A stretch of 63,618 nucleotides of DNA, the filler included, from Licmophora abbreviata (lineage: Eukaryota): NCBI GenBank assembly GCA_900291995.1. It is 5 parts of 5 records of this genome, joined end to end, with 100 filler letters (N's around TTAATTAATTAA, not from the genome) between each part and the next. Parts side by side here need not be neighbours in the genome. Positions count along the whole stretch, not along the records: positions 28,648 to 45,860 come from OLMU01003141.1; 4 more parts are not named here. One strand, written 5' to 3'. How positions within the stretch are numbered: position 1 is the first letter of the stretch; each line of letters begins with the position of its first letter. Made by a program: the position numbers and the translations under genes. Positions 33,410-45,860 of this stretch are shown here, one piece after another. The notes beneath the pieces were generated by a model. It was given only the letters and a program-made list of their open reading frames with translations. It was not told where the DNA came from and ran no database searches.

Positions 33410-33859
33410 ATGACTACTCCAACGGACTATCGGTTCGCTGCCGCAAATAGCCCCCCGCGGCGTGAACCGGCGATGAGCTTCGAGGACGAGCGGCAGGTAC
33501 CGCGGCATCAGCCACAAATGGCACTAGTGGAGCCTTTGACCACGAACTACCAATGGGTCGAATCTTGTATGAAGGCTGCGTCGGCCTGCGACAAGTTCTT
33601 TAACTGTGCATATGTCAAGAAACAGCTGGAAGATGAGTGGAAAGAAGAACGGCGCCTCTCTGATAGCGCCATGGGACGTCTGTGGAGTCGTATGGATTAC
33701 AGCTTCGACGTCGAACTGCACCGACAAATCTTGTTCGAGGGAGCGGACCAAAAGCAACCCCTCCACGAAGAGGATCTAGACCAACGCTACAACTATCATG
33801 TGCCAGACGATTCCTCCGGACAAGGAGAGCACTCGGGGAGTCCCACTTCTTCCGAGTAA
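33410..33859 (+). CDS. Hypothetical protein (149 aa)
   Basis: ORF with protein-like composition between the kinase and PP2A genes; no family recognised. Confidence 0.5.
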   Translation: MTTPTDYRFAAANSPPRREPAMSFEDERQVPRHQPQMALVEPLTTNYQWVESCMKAASACDKFFNCAYVKKQLEDEWKEERRLSDSAMGRLWSRMDYSFDVELHRQILFEGADQKQPLHEEDLDQRYNYHVPDDSSGQGEHSGSPTSSE

Positions 33860-34128
33860 GTAGCTGGCGCCAGCTGTTGAATGAATGTGTAGAACAGATG
33901 CAGGGACGAGCCACCGGCGAGAGCCTTGCAGGAATGAATTACCGACCAAGCGCCCTGCCAGATCATAGATAATGTTAAAATAGTCAATGGGTGCAAGCAA
34001 TGAATTCCACGCTCACTTCATGGGACGAAGTTCATATACTCCCTCGAGTCAAACATCAGAGGTTAGGTTGCGTCGACGATAGAATCTAGCGTGATGGAAA
34101 AGGCTCAAATCGTCCACTCTCTATTGCG

Positions 34129-35925
34129 TTAAAAGGGGGCTTCACTAGATGTGGCCAACCCCGTCCCGATGACCGGACTAAATTCTGTACCTTCTCCTTC
34201 TTCCTCGTCGTCCACCGTAACCCAATCCACCTCCATGGCCTCTTCTTCCCGGGCTTCTTCCTCCATTGCCAATCGGTTGTAATCGATACAGGCAAACCTA
34301 TCCCAGTCGGTCTCGAATTCATCTTCGCGTTTTTGCCGTTCCGCAAATGGATCCCGCTGTTCAAACATTAGATACTTGTTAAGGTTGAAAAGTGCGTCAA
34401 AGAGGGCGCCCGACACTTGGGCGCATTCCTGCTGCAAAAAGTCTTCTGCCATGAGATGATCAGAATTAGAGGGTTTGATCATGTCCATCATTTGGCACAA
34501 CATGTCTTCAAATGGCACAATCTCATGGCCCATACACTGCATTCGGTGAAGCTGTACGGCATAGAAAGATCGCATTTCCATATTGTTCAACTTGCCGTCT
34601 CCATCCACATCCACGCACGAAAACCAGTACCGCACCGACACTTCATTTGCTTTGTCTTCCTCGCTCAACATGAAAAAGATAAAATCCTCGTAGCTGAGAT
34701 ACTCTCGATTCGTCGCGGCCGCGCCGCTCTCATTCGCAAACGGTCTCGGCGCCGCTTCAAAGATACGATCGACAATCATATGACTGAGACTGTGGTCGCC
34801 ATACTTTAACAAGTCATCCCGCGTGATGCGGTAGTCTCGGTCGTGATCCAATTCCCAGAACCGACAGTACAAGACGTAAAAGTGCTCGTAGGAAAAGTAG
34901 CGAGTCACCTTGTTGATGTCTTCCTCTTCGTCCACTCCCTGGAAAGCGTCGAGCAGATCGGAACGCCGAATCTGACGGGATGTGATACGACCCGAATGGC
35001 AGCGATTGACCGAATAAAATATGCGTGTTATGACCGTCACGGCGTACTTTTCTTGAAACTCGGCATGAGTGGACAAGAATTCCAAGCCCTATCAAACAAC
35101 AGTAGGAGCGAGTGAGCACAGCCTGGCAGACCTTCACAGCAAAGACACCTCACGCTATCCCGCACGCACCGGATGATCACTGAGAAGTTCTTTTATGTAA
35201 GGAAGGAAGTCATCACGGTCAATGTAGTCGTGATCTGGCTGCTTCAAAAGCCGAAAGAAACGTTCTGGTGCGTCATACGGTTCCATTTCAGTCACCCAAA
35301 ACCGTTCCAGCATGTCAACTGTGACAACATCCATGTCAGCGACACGGCCCGATTCTGGAAGATTGTTCCAGAGCTGTAAAATACGCTTGTACAAAGGACC
35401 ATTAAAGAAGGTCGGGAAGTGACATATATCCTTGGTAAAACGCACAAACTGGTCCAGCGGAAGAAACTTTAGTTCGGCGCTACCAACAGCCTGGTTGGAT
35501 TCCGCGTTCTCTGGAGATATGGCCGGAGGATCCTGCCCGACTTCATTGAATAATGCATAGACCTGGTCCCTGACACACTTGCTGACTCCGCTAGTACTTT
35601 CCTCTCGTGGCAACCACGTCTCGCAAGGATCAGACTCGAGCGCCTCCGTCCCACCATTCATGCTGCTACTACTGCTGCTCTTCTTGGTTCTTCTCGGATA
35701 AGGCCGTTTGGATGGATAGAACGGAGGAATCACACCCCGCGGTGAGTTTGTCGTATCTTCGTCCTCCGCATGCTTGGATGCGCGAGTGGGAGACGATGGC
35801 GATGTTGTGTCCTCGTGATGATGCTTGGCACGATAACTCTCCGCCAAGTTTTGGACATTTTCATAGACTGTATCGTTCCCCAACCAGGTCACGAGCAGCT
35901 CGTCCATTTTGATAGCAGCTGCCAT
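34129..35925 (-). CDS. PP2A regulatory subunit B'' (PR72 family, EF-hand), 2 exons
   Basis: HPGLEFL, YFSYEHFYVLYCRFWELD, FMLSEEDK, YWFSCVDVDGDG, TDWDRFA; intron 35089-35169. Confidence 0.95.
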
Positions 35926-36278
35926 GGTAATCTATGGTCGGAAAGTTTGGAAAAGTGTGCAGAGGTGGAGAGAAACAAGGATTGGGATCGTCTCTATCGC
36001 CATGGTGATGACTTTGGACTGATGACTGAGGTCTCAATTTCGTGTCAGTTTTGAGTTCTTGGGAGTTCTGCAATATATTAATCGAGGATAAATATAAATT
36101 AATGTATGTGACAAATTGGCGTTATACCAACGACAAGAGTATATAAACGTATTGAGGTATGTAGCTAAATAATACTCGTCATTACTTCGATCACAAGAAT
36201 CTTTGACGACCGAAAGATTCGTGCACTTCGTCGACATAGCACCATTTGCGTTCCCCAGATTCGTTCCCTCCTTTACAA

Positions 36279-37493
36279 ATGAGAGTCGCAAAAGCCTTTT
36301 GGTCGGCATGGGCGTGTGTTTTCGTGGCCGAAATTTCCAGCTTGAGCGTTCATCGGCCGTTCGTAAAATCACTTCCTTCGGTGTGGCAGCAGGAGTGTAC
36401 ACGTAGTCAACAGGCTACCATGGCGTTTTCTTCATCGACAACAGGAGGCGATTCTTTCTCTGAAGAAAAGAAGGATGAGTTTGGTGAATCTATCCCTTCT
36501 CTAGCCATGCTCGGCGACCTTCCTTCCTTCCCAACAACGCCACACAAGAAGATGCTCGTTTTCGACAAAGATGGCACTCTCGGCGATTGCATTGCGTCCC
36601 TGCGCCGATGGGCCAACCACATGACAGATCAACTGGAACTAGTTTTACTTTCCTCTGAAGACAAGGGCACGACTCAGAAGGTTCTTCAAGAATATCACGC
36701 AGCCATTGGCTGGGACGCGGCCCGTCAAACTGTAGTTCCCAGTGCCCCCCTTGCCGCCGGGACATGGCAGGACCAAGTGGCCACGACGGCTGCTTTTGTC
36801 TCGGAGCATGTGTCATCACCTTCGAATATCAATGACGTATTCTCGCTGGTGCAATCGTGGCATGACGACTTGGGCAATTTGCATGGACAAGACGCGCCCT
36901 TGCTTGAGAATCTGCCTGAGCTCTTGCAAAAATGTCATGAACTGGGGTGGTTGATCGCGGTGTGCACGTCGGACGATCGTGCGCCCACTGACGCCGCGTT
37001 GGCGCAATGGAAGATCGATGACATTGTACAGGTACGATTGATGAATGGATGATGATTGATGTTGCAAACAGACATTAAGGGCGCACATCTTTGCAATGGA
37101 CAAGATAGCTCACATTTTCTATCGCTGCTTCTGCGTACTCGTGTAAAGTTCTCTGTTTGCGGCGATGAAGTCTCCGAAAGCAAACCCAGTGCCACACCCC
37201 TTCAGGTGCTGTGCCAGCAAGCCAGCGTTTCGCCGCAGCACTGCGTCGTGGTGGGCGACACGTCGGCGGATACCGGCATGGCGCGCAATGCCAAGGCAGG
37301 TTTCTGCATTGGTGTCCTGACGGGCAGTGGTACTGCCGAGCAACTGCTCGCCACTGGCGCACAGTGGATTGCGCCCAATGTTGGGCAGGTGCCAGAACTC
37401 TTGCGCCAGCTGCAGCAAGCCGACTATACCAAGGATCGTGATGACGATAGTATTCCACCCCCAGCTGCCCGTGTTGCCGGGCGGGTTGCGTAA
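36279..37493 (+). CDS. HAD-superfamily phosphatase (PGP-like) with N-terminal targeting extension, 2 exons
   Basis: VFDKDGTL, AVCTSDDR, KP, VVGDTSAD, GVLTGSG; intron 37032-37148. Confidence 0.9.
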
Positions 37494-37621
37494 GACTCAT
37501 ATACACATAAAAAACCACAGTTTTAAAGGAGTCCAATCAATGGATTGCGTAACTGATCTACTCGTTATGAACGTACTGTCACGATGACGCCACGGATGGC
37601 ATGGTAGGAATTGGAACTCAG

Positions 37622-38906
37622 CTACACACGCACTGGCCACGAGAAAGTGTCAACAGAAACGAAGGATGAGACTCAAAACTTCCACAAGACACATCCCACA
37701 AGGCCGCACTTATTTACTACTTACATATTTGAAGTTTGTCTTGAAAGGCAATCGAGACCCAGTCCGGTTGACTCGTACTCCACTGTAGATTGTTGATTTC
37801 ACCATCTGCATTGTACGCAAGTATCGGATCATCCACTACCTTCTTGGGCATGCTACTCAAATCCCAAATCAGTGCTTGCGCGTCATCGGCGGCTGTACAA
37901 ATGTGACAGCTGCTATGTGGCGCCCAAGCAATGGCGTTCACACAACCGACGTGACCGCCCAACTCGGCCACTGGTAAGGACGGCACACGGACATCTAGTA
38001 TAATCGTTTTTCGCGAGTCCACCAGGAAGGTTGCCAAATAATTTGCATCCTGCTTGTTCCATTCGAGCCGCAGAAGTGGATCTAAATTCGGCGATTCGTA
38101 AATGATTGTACTGTGCTCCAAGGATCGCAAATCAAACATGCGGACACTTCCATCGGCCCCGACACTCGCAAATACGTCCTTGCCGCGCCCTGCAAAGCAA
38201 ATGTCAAAGACTTCTGCATCGTGGGCGATAAGCTGCGTCCGAGCCGTCTGCGTGTGCAAATCCCAAATTGTGCAGGTCGTGTCAATCGAGCAAGTTCCCA
38301 ACAGCGTGGGGTCCACTTCGTTCCAATCGCACGAGGTCAGGGGAGCGCAATATTCGGAAGTTTTGTTCTGATATTGAGAGTAAGGAAGAGGAGTGCGAAT
38401 AAGATGACGAGAAGACATAGGTTTGAGCATGCACCCACCGAGTTCTCTTGAGTCGCAAGACTTACATTGTTCAGCAAGGCTTCCTTGTGCGGGGTCAGCG
38501 TGCCTCTCCCACTCCCATCGTCTCTTACGTTCCAGATTCTGAGATAGTCACCGGTCGTCGCCAGCAGGTCCGGCGCACTCGTACTCTGATCCGGACTCCA
38601 TAATAGTTTCGTGCACGGATAGGGATGATCGAATTCGGCAGCCTTGTACAAGGTATTCTCGTGAGGATGTTTCTTGACGATCTGTACTGCGTTGCTGTAC
38701 TGTTCGACGTAGCTTCCAATGGCGAGCCGAAATTTGGTCGCACTGCTCTCTTCGACGACCGTACGATGAGACCAGGCCATGGCATAGACGGTCCAGGGGG
38801 CCTTGTATGTGTAAATTTCCTTGCGGGGGGTTTGCTCCTGGGCCTGTGCTTGCTCTGGAGGAATGCCACCGACTTGTTGATGCTGTTGTGGGTCCGCAGT
38901 CGACAT
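37622..38906 (-). CDS. DCAF7: WD40 scaffold DCAF7/WDR68 (AN11/TTG1 family), 3 exons
   Basis: [53 protein letters not shown]; introns 38368-38465 and 37633-37724; last exon completes LQILRV-stop. Confidence 0.95.
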
Positions 38907-39550
38907 GATGAGACAGAATACAAGAGGGACAAGAACTCAGATGATTTGCAAAGCTCAAAACAGCGAAACAGACGACTGTCTCTACAAACAGTGAAGAACT
39001 AGAACAGGGCGATTCAATAGCGGAGCAGAAACAACGACGACAACAGCGCTGGAATCAGGTATCACGTGGCTTCTCTCTCATGTCACCACCGTCGTCTTCA
39101 CGTGGTCGCGGTCCTGGTCGTGTCGCCCCGCGGCGTGAACTCTCGGCATCGTCGTCACCACTCGTGACCAACACAGAAAATTGAAAATTAGCGAGCCTGA
39201 AATCGTATTACCGATCTCCGTGACGAAGTTCAGATTAGAAATGTCTCACTGAATATCTTTGTGTCGCGCGCTATCCTGCACCGCGCGGCAATGAGAAATC
39301 CGATCGAGCCGGAACTTCAAACTTGAACCATGACCACAGCCCTTTTGATACGAGAATGTATGATAGACTGCGTAAGTCTGCCAGCCTGTGTTAGCTCTCG
39401 GCTACCGGAAGATATGAGGTATTCACAACTTTCTATACACTTAGCCTCTTCATGTCTCAACTACTGCGCGGCTGACACCATCGCTAGCTTAGTTATTGTA
39501 TGATATTCTCTAGGTTTCATTGATCTCATTTTTTGTGGTTCGCTTGCTTG

Positions 39551-40873
39551 TTACTGCTTGCGTTTCATTTCTTCCTCGGCGTCCAGTCTCATTGCTCTTG
39601 CTTTGGACGACAGTATCCCGGCCTTCTTTTCCAGTCGTTCCACTTGCTTCTTGAGGTACGTAGCCTCTCTTTGCATACTCTCTTCTTGCTTCTTCCGAAG
39701 GCTGGACTTAAGTTTGTCTTGTTTGCGATCCATTATTGCAGACACCTTGTCGAATTCAATCGTAGCGGCTTTGTCCCGTACAGTCGCTTCCTTTTCTGAC
39801 TTTTGATTTGCTACAAGTGACTCCTTCGTCTCTGCCAGTAGCCGTTTCGCATCTGCAAGTCGTTGAACAGCTCGCTCTTCTGCTCTCACGGCATCTCCCA
39901 CCGACTTTTCCGCCGATCGCAGCGCCTTTTCCGACTCTTGGCGTTCGCGCAACTTTTCTCGGTACTCTGTTTCCACATCTCGCAAGGCCTGAATATCAGC
40001 TTCCGCGAGACGGGACTCTTCCACGTCAAAGCTATCTAAAATACGTGATGCCTCCATGGCAGTGAGCTCCTCCTTGTTGGCTAAAATCTCCAGTCCTCGT
40101 TCGCCAATCGTCTCGAGCTGAGTCTTCATTTGACCTGCTTTGACCTTGTCTCGCGTGGCTCTTTCAATGGAAGTGTATACAATCATGTGTGAGGGAAAAC
40201 GACTTCCTGCTGTAGATATAGTTTCCTCCATTCATTGGACTTACTGTTGTTCCATGTCTCGAATTCTCGTTTCCACTTCCATCCGCCCGAAGGCATCGCC
40301 CATGGTTTCCACAGCCGCCCGCGTGGAGTCGGCCGTTTTGCGCAAGAAGGGTACCGCATTCTTGATGCCCTCCTCCAACAAGGTCTCCATGTTGTCCGTA
40401 AATTTCTTTGCCTGGAGCGATCGATCGTAGCGCAGTCGCTCCTTGGGGTCTGCGAGGACACGCCAGGCGGCATTGACATCTCGAAAGTCAAAGTCGTTCG
40501 TAGTAGTGTTTGGTTTTCCAACCGAGGCATCGGGGTGTAGTTTCTTGGCCAATGTGGTGTACCGCAGTTTGAGCTGTTGCTGAGAGTCGGTGGGAGATGC
40601 GCCGAGAATGTCGTAGAGAGTGCCGTCCTGGTGGCTGTCGTCGTTGTCTCTACTCGAGGAAGCCCTACCAATAACGATGCAGGATGAGAATGGGTGGTGA
40701 TTCCGAGAAAGTTTCGCCTTTACGACTTTTAATGGTGGAGAGCAAAAGGCAGCCGAGCTTGAAGACTGGAGTAACAGTGCCAACGAAACGACAAGGCAGA
40801 AACAATAGTATCCCATTCGGCCGGTGGGGCTCAGCACGTTCCAAGATGATGATGAGCGTCGTTTCACCATCAT
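39551..40873 (-). CDS. Plastid-targeted class C J-domain protein with long coiled-coil C-terminus, 2 exons; start may be 40816
   Basis: Signal plus SAA-FCS; TLYDILG...LHPD...AWRVLADPKERLRYD; intron 40161-40244. Confidence 0.85.
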
Positions 40874-41241
40874 GTCGCTATTTAGAACGCTGACTAGTGT
40901 AGTACCTGATGATGGTACGAGCGGTGTATATTCTAGAGTGTTACATGAGGTGCCGCTGTGTGTATTGGTGTGCTGACATCGCGGACCATTTTCAATTTGA
41001 TTTGGAGGATGGGCTTTTTCGTTTCTGCGTCGGGTAGTTCGGACATTGCGAACACCTATCATACCTATATTTGTTACGATGATGGAGCCGTCGGCTTGCG
41101 AGGAGATCTCAGACGAGACGATGAAAAAGCACAACCACCGCACACATCAGAGCAACAGTCGTCATTCTTCCTGTATAAACTCTGTGTGTAATCACACTCT
41201 CTTCTAGTGCCTTCACTGTTTGTTGGATCGCAAAAATCCCC

Positions 41242-42141
41242 ATGTCCCTCCGCGGTCGATGGATGATGGATCGGCTCAAGAATCATCGCTTCAATACAAT
41301 GGCCCAGTGGTTCACGCTGCCGGTCCCGCACGAGATTCCGTTCTGGGAAGGCGTCTATCAAAAGCTGGGGTCCAAAGATTCCTTCGAATGGGGAGACTTG
41401 TCATTCCAGGAGCATCTTAGAGAGTATGACTATCGAGAATGGCTGCGACATACACGCAACAAGGACATGACGATGATGTTACGAACAGACGACATTGTCG
41501 GTATGTATTCCGAGGAGGAGGCGGAGCTACAACGGACGACATTTGTCGATACTCTCTTCGTGTCACAAGCAACCTCGAGCGAGAATAACGACGATGAACA
41601 GACGTCCGACTCGTCTTACTCACAGCCGATCCTCGTGTTGGGCTGTGGAAATTCCAAACTGGGAGAAGACATGTGCGATGCTGGGTGGACGAGTATCACT
41701 CAGGTCGACGTCGTTTCGCGTGTCTTGGAGTGCATGGAAGAGCGCTGTGCTCCCTACGTGGATCGTGGTGTCATGCAGTTTGTGCAAGACGATGCGACGC
41801 AGCTGTCGGCCTTTTCAAACGCTTCGATAGCTGCCTCCATTGACAAGGGACTCCTGGATGTCTTGTATTGTGCCAATCGGTATGACCAAGTGCAGGATAT
41901 CATGAGGAGCGCGTATAGAGTGCTGCGGCCTGGGGGAGTCTTGTGTGTCTTTAGCTTTTCGCGGCCTGAGTTCTTTCTCCCGTGTCTCTTGGGACAATTG
42001 GAGGAAACTAGAGACAGACTTCCACCGTGGAAGGAAGTGCGAGTACAAGCACTGGAACACATATTGCTCTACCGATTTCAAAAGAAGAACGACGCGATGG
42101 CATTGCGAAAGGGCGCGAAACGAAAGGACGGTCGTAGATGA
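41242..42141 (+). CDS. Class I SAM-dependent methyltransferase, EEF1AKMT4/METTL13-like
   Basis: FWEGVY, SFEW, ILVLGCGNS, IDKGLLD, RVLRPGG. Confidence 0.85.
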   Translation: MSLRGRWMMDRLKNHRFNTMAQWFTLPVPHEIPFWEGVYQKLGSKDSFEWGDLSFQEHLREYDYREWLRHTRNKDMTMMLRTDDIVGMYSEEEAELQRTTFVDTLFVSQATSSENNDDEQTSDSSYSQPILVLGCGNSKLGEDMCDAGWTSITQVDVVSRVLECMEERCAPYVDRGVMQFVQDDATQLSAFSNASIAASIDKGLLDVLYCANRYDQVQDIMRSAYRVLRPGGVLCVFSFSRPEFFLPCLLGQLEETRDRLPPWKEVRVQALEHILLYRFQKKNDAMALRKGAKRKDGRR

Positions 42142-42157
42142 CAGTAGTCTAACCCGC

Positions 42158-43336
42158 TTAGCCGGCCGCATACTTTCTTCTCGCACTGCCAATCTGTTCT
42201 AGAAACCACTTTGGGTCCAGGAGAGGCTCAATGGTGGGAACGCGAATCAAGTGAATCCCATGCATGGCCTGTACTTCATCGCCAGACATGGTGCGAAACG
42301 TGCCTGTAATCGCATCCTGGTACCGAACGCCAGCAATGCTCTTTCCCGATGGATTGTGTATATTGTCGTCTAACAAGATATGGTGCTCGTGATGTTGTGG
42401 AGCCGTCGTCGTGGCCCATATTGGCTTTCCTGCCCAAGGCTGGAAGCCGTGTGTTGACCAGAACGAATAGTCGTCTCGAATACCGCAGATGCTCTTACGC
42501 TCTAGCCACTGCAGTACCTCTTCATCTCCAGAGGCTATCTTTTGCTTGCCGTCGTATGTGTATAGATTGTACGTGAAACTACCGTCTCCCTGTTCTTGCC
42601 ATCGCGCCCTCGCTAGGTCGGTTGGTTTCAACACGAAACGTTCCTGCACAAAGTCGGGAAAGTCAGGATGCTTCCCGGTCGCAAACAGAGTCATTGCTTC
42701 CGCAATATTTTCTAGGTCTGTCCCGAAGGTTCGAAAAACGATTCGACACTGCATCTCGTCGCCATCTTCGTTCCGGTACTTTTCCTCGAACTCGGCGAGC
42801 GACTTGAAAAACGAGGGCAAAATCTGCGCTACCACGGGGGGAAGATGATCGTGCGCTTCAGTCATTATTCCATCCACTCGGTCATACAATCCTCTATAGC
42901 ACCACCCATGATGTTCGACAAAGCGTTTGGCGTGCTTCTTGTAGGCGGTGCGATAGTACGGACAGCATTGGGGTGGCCACTCCCAGCCAGTGTACAGAGG
43001 TGGCACATGATCCCTGTCACCCTCGTGGGTCGATTCTGTACTACTTAGTGGTGTCCCATCCCACCAGTGGGTTGGGACGATCTCGTTCGTGTCGTTGAGC
43101 GACTGATTTTCATCCTTGTAAAACTCCTCTGGAATCCGCACAAAGGCCGACTTTGCTACCAGCTTGTGAATCGAGTCCGTGAGTGTATCGTCGCCCGCTT
43201 CGTCTCCCAGCATTATTGTTTCGTTGATATCAAAATGCAGTACGACCGGACAGAGTGGTGTAGTCGGTAGCTTGGGAGGTGTAGATGCATTGTTGGATGG
43301 GCCCAGCGACGACACAATGCGGGGGAGGACCGTCAT
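42158..43336 (-). CDS. Uncharacterised HAD-like protein
   Basis: VVLHFDINETI (motif-I-like), VFRTFGTD, GKP, ILLDDNI. Confidence 0.65.
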   Translation of the reverse strand: MTVLPRIVSSLGPSNNASTPPKLPTTPLCPVVLHFDINETIMLGDEAGDDTLTDSIHKLVAKSAFVRIPEEFYKDENQSLNDTNEIVPTHWWDGTPLSSTESTHEGDRDHVPPLYTGWEWPPQCCPYYRTAYKKHAKRFVEHHGWCYRGLYDRVDGIMTEAHDHLPPVVAQILPSFFKSLAEFEEKYRNEDGDEMQCRIVFRTFGTDLENIAEAMTLFATGKHPDFPDFVQERFVLKPTDLARARWQEQGDGSFTYNLYTYDGKQKIASGDEEVLQWLERKSICGIRDDYSFWSTHGFQPWAGKPIWATTTAPQHHEHHILLDDNIHNPSGKSIAGVRYQDAITGTFRTMSGDEVQAMHGIHLIRVPTIEPLLDPKWFLEQIGSARRKYAAG

Positions 43337-43759
43337 GGTCTTCTACGAAGTACGAGTATTGCTTTTCGGTGATGGCTGCACGCGGTGTTGAAACTGATCG
43401 ACTACAGGACGAAAGTATCGTCGTCGATAAAGCAACTAACACTTCTAGAGGTTATCAAAGGTTTCCTCACTTAACCTTGTTGGTGCGTTTCGTCGAGTCG
43501 ATCCTAAAACGAACATCTTTCGTTTTCTTTCGCTTTCTTTCCACCAGGTGCAGGAGCACATTGTGCTCCTGACCAGGTGCCATGTGTCACGGTCTGACGT
43601 AAGTAGCGTTTCTTAGCCATGGTCAACTCGTGACTCGATTACTCGTGACGGGATTGAGCTCTCGACGATTCTTGATGTTGTTCGATTCGTTAGGGCTGCG
43701 AAGACCTGATCTACGGAGTCCATCACGAAATAGAGCTGCCAGACCTATAACATCGATAT

Positions 43760-45459
43760 CTATACCTCCTCCTCCTTCTTCTTCTTCTTCGGTGGCGACT
43801 CTGGGTCTGCCGTGTTTCCAAAGTTCTCTTGGCCATGCTTAACCCCTGCACCCGCCAATTCGGCTATATACGCGGAGTCCCGCGGCTCGTCAAATCCCAG
43901 AGCTTCCCGTGCTTCTGCCATGAGAAAGACGCTGCCACAGACCACGAGTATTTCACCCCTCTTCTTCGCGAGGGCAACTGCAGATTGAATTTGGGTTGTA
44001 ATAGAGCGATCTGTCATGTCGTAGCGGCTTGCCTGCAGTTTCGGCTCCGACGACAACATGGCTTCCAAGGTCGCAGCACGAGGATGTGCGGCTTGCACAA
44101 GATGAATCGACTCTGGACTCTCGTTGACTGCTTTCAAAATCATTCGCCCACATTGTCCCAAGTCCTTATCGGATGACATACCCACAACGACTCGATAGTT
44201 GGTATCAGGAAACGTCTCTTGCAGTTTACGCATTAGATACTCCATGGCGGGAGGATTGTGCGCGACATCCAAGATTCCTGCCAAGTTGTCAACCTCGAAG
44301 TGTTCGAATCGACATGGAGGACGTAAAGACGTTCCTTCCCGAACAACCTCAGCCGGAATGTCCTTGTACTTTGGAATAAGTCGGAGTGCAGCCTGAGCAA
44401 TGCGTGCGTTCTCTTGATCATAGTCAGTAATCGCTACCTTCGATGCACCCAATATGTCATCGCAAGTGTAATAGGCTTCTGCCTGTTTGTCTCTCGCACA
44501 CTGTCGCAGCACATCGTGTGGTACATTGGGTCCTACCAGTACCGGTCGACCGGCTTTGATGATACCTCCCTTTTCCAGGGCAATCTTTTCGACAGTGTCT
44601 CCCAGGATGCGTGTATGTTCCAGCCCAATCGAGGTAATGACAGACAGCGCTGGTCTCTTAACTACATTCGTGGCGTCCAGCCGTCCCCCTAATCCTGTCT
44701 CTAGCACAATGACATTGGCACCTTGCCGCTGATAGAAGTCGCATGCCAGCGCCGTGGTGATTTCAAAGAAAGTCGCTGGAATGTCGTGTTGTTGGCACAA
44801 GTCATAAATGTTCGGCAAATACTCTACGACTTGCGCTTCGGATATCATTTCTCCATTCACCTGCATGCGTTCGCGAAAGGAACTCACGTGGGGGGAACAA
44901 AACAAACCAACTCGTAACGACGGATCCGACAGCTCGAGGGTCTTGGCAATTTTCATAGCGACACTGCCCTTGCCATTCGTACCAGCTATGTGAATGACAG
45001 TTACGTTCGGCTGTGCGAATTTAATAATATAAATAAGAGGGAACGAGAAAGGATGAGAACCTGTGTACGGAGAGAAACGGAGGAGTTCTTTACAAACTGC
45101 GTCGTCGTCGTCACACGTACATTGTCCAGAGGCAACCCAAGGAGTTGGTGTAGTTGTTCTATGTTTTGCAGTCCCAATTTTACTGGATGAAAAAGATTGG
45201 TCTGGTAGAGTCGCCGCACCCATTTCTCGTAGGGTGTGTACGATCGATTATTAAGTTCTGTGCTTGTCATGGCCGGTACCGCGTACGACGCCGACGAAAA
45301 CAAGCGCGTCGGGACACTAGGGAAGCGCGGACAAGTGGCGGTCGAGTACGCGCAACAGCCGGAATACTCTGAGAGTGATTCTGTCGGAAAGCTCGCAGTG
45401 CGACGGAGTGATCGACCAATACAATTCTGACGGATCTGTCGGAGGGCGGAAGTTCGCAT
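43760..45459 (-). CDS. folC: Dihydrofolate/folylpolyglutamate synthase (FolC type) with mitochondrial-like presequence, 2 exons
   Basis: HIAGTNGKGS, SPHV, ETGLGGRLDATNV, EKGGI, DVAHNP, VCGSVFL; intron 45011-45120. Confidence 0.93.
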
Positions 45460-45805
45460 GGGATGCTTGAAGCCCAAAGATTCAATACTCGTACAAAGGA
45501 GAAACACCACCAGCAGTATTCCAGACAGCAGTATTCGTGATGGATCGAAATCAGAGTTTCGGATTCCGGATTTCTTCTTCCGGGGCATTCGCTTCCTCTC
45601 GATCCAGATTGAGACAAGCTAATTGGATGACGCTTTCAGTAAACAAGAATGGACGACGACTGTGGTCTCATCTCGGCGGGCGAATGTGAGGCCGCCGATG
45701 CTCGCCATGTTGTTCTCTTCAAGCTTTCACCTCAGAGTTCGCTTGATTTTTTTTCGCATAATAGGGGGAGCGGGGACAGATTGACAGACGCATCCGTTCT
45801 CATCA

Positions 45806-45833
45806 TGACTCACTCATCCAATCACTGACGTCA
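45806..45833. promoter_or_regulatory. bZIP/CCAAT motif cluster in the folC-THF1 divergent region
   Basis: TGACTCA 45806, CCAAT 45818, TGACGTCA 45826. Confidence 0.4.
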
Positions 45834-45860
45834 CTCTTTTAACACGGTCTGTCCATCACC

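Noticed and set aside
36071..36190. AT-rich island, considered as a diatom-type centromere
   Set aside because: Only about 120 nt and located in a divergent promoter; too short
39305..39412. Minus-strand tRNA-like hints (A-box-like TAGCCGAG, hairpin with ACG loop, GGTTCAAG)
   Set aside because: No acceptor or T stem and wrong spacing; cannot be folded as a tRNA
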